From Eledone cirrhosa (lineage: Eukaryota), in assembly GCA_964016885.1 (NCBI GenBank), contig OZ024742.1:154752001-154816000 (forward strand): 64,000 nt of DNA, written 5' to 3'. The translations under genes were made by a program, and so were the position numbers. The notes under the pieces are model-generated. The model searched no databases. It saw only the letters and a program-made list of their open reading frames with translations, and was not told the DNA's origin. This document shows positions 62,736-64,000 of the stretch, in pieces. Each line of letters begins with the position of its first letter. Within the stretch, counting starts at the first letter, position 1.

Positions 62736-62899
62736 TGGTATGGATTGTCTGCCATAAATGTTTAAAGTTTACATGCAGTTGTGAGCCGAGGAATCGTGTT
62801 ACTACTAAGAAAGGACATGAACAAGTTGGACCATCTAGATAATGATATGTCCATATCTCTGCTATTCTCGAAGTTCGAAATGTTGCCAAGGTTACATCA

Positions 62900-63900
62900 A
62901 ACGCGGTTGGTGCTATTAGGGGAGGCATCGATATGCGTCTTTCCGAACAGATATATACAGGAAAATCTGCTACTTATGCGGAAGATCATTCAAAGTAAGG
63001 ATCCTTGAATATGAGGGGTACAGATGGGAAGCTTTCAATAAGTTTAATCATCAATAAGTCTAACCATCAAAACTGCTCTCGATGCGGCCGGTTTCAAACC
63101 CATTTCAGAAGACTTAAAATAATGCGCTCGCTCCACCAAGGCTATTCGTATTCCTCTCTTTTTATTTACTGACACTTCAGCCGTTACTACCCAATTTGGA
63201 GATGCCGTGCACCAAACAATAATGTAATCAGCACCACTATGAGGCTGTACGGAGCGATGACAAGGGTGATATTTAACAAAGAAATGTCACTAGTCTTGAA
63301 GGTCGGTACCTGCAGAGGTACGTCCATAGTATTCAACAGCGTCAGGTGATGCAGAACGGACAAAGCGGTTAAATTGCATGGTGTCTGGTTTCGTCTGGAC
63401 CTCCAGGTTGGTAGGAAATGGTATGGACGAAGTAATCGGCAGAGTGGTCACACTTACTACGAAATGGACCGAGACGATGCTATCCCTGAAAGGCCAGGCA
63501 GAGATGCTGAGTGTGTATAATGGCTGCGCCTATATATTTCCGCCCGTCTGTTGTTCCTCACCAGATTGGAACATCTGCTCCGTCTCTTCTTTTCAAATGG
63601 TCGAGTTCAACTGGTCAGTAGTTTCCCTTAATGCCAACGACCTTTGCACAGAAGGTTCGGCATACCATAGTGGATTATGTACAAACATCCTCTGAGTCTA
63701 TTTCTTTTGCAAAAATAACAAAAAGGAAGTAAAGGTGTTGCTGTAATTTGTCAAGTTCGATTTTTCTCATCTCTTTTGATTGAGTGGCAATATTGTGAGA
63801 ATGGGCGTCTGACATATTGTATGTTGTTAGGCTCTCTTAGCCGTCAGAATGATGACACAGTTCTTTACACACTCGACAAATGTCCGAGCATTGTTCACTT
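62900..63900 (+). mobile_element. Very old Tx1/L1-like RT remnant
   Basis: CVFPNRYIQENLLLMRKII and EVIGRVVTLTTKWTETMLSLKGQAE align with the younger Tx1 copies (EVTSRVASLTQKWVGNKLSLK). Confidence 0.65.
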
Positions 63901-64000
63901 GTGAAGATTTGTCAATCAGCTATTTCCCATGTCGTACCGAACCGGCTATCTTCTAGAGATTTCAAATGGGAGAGGACCACTTGCCTATGGTGCTCTTGGT

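Overview
Eukaryotic, AT-rich, repeat-saturated DNA with no recognisable host gene. The SINE and LINE repertoire suggests an invertebrate, most likely a cephalopod/octopod (inference from remembered repeat consensi, not a search). Bases 1-19 kb hold decayed Tx1/L1-clade LINEs, one of them nested in a near full-length RTE LINE. Bases 30-52.5 kb hold a chain of five distinct Penelope-like retroelements (RT plus C-terminal GIY-YIG, most like the Naiad clade). Their 3' ends abut (TA)n tracts, four of the five have head-to-head inverted architecture, and each has a hammerhead-ribozyme-like motif in its 3' region. Two of these hammerheads carry an unusual ~90-nt structured insert in stem II, others have core variants (U3-A8, A4), and one element has an in-frame TGA exactly at a conserved Cys (selenocysteine candidate). 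Small fold-back inserts in TA tracts repeat this architecture at 60-170 bp scale. Also present: about 12 tRNA-derived SINEs (11 on +), R4/Dong-like and CRE-like 3' fragments, a hAT remnant, a probable Helitron, a MITE and long compound (TA)n arrays. All coding elements are pseudogenised; the long YI-repeat ORFs are microsatellite artefacts.
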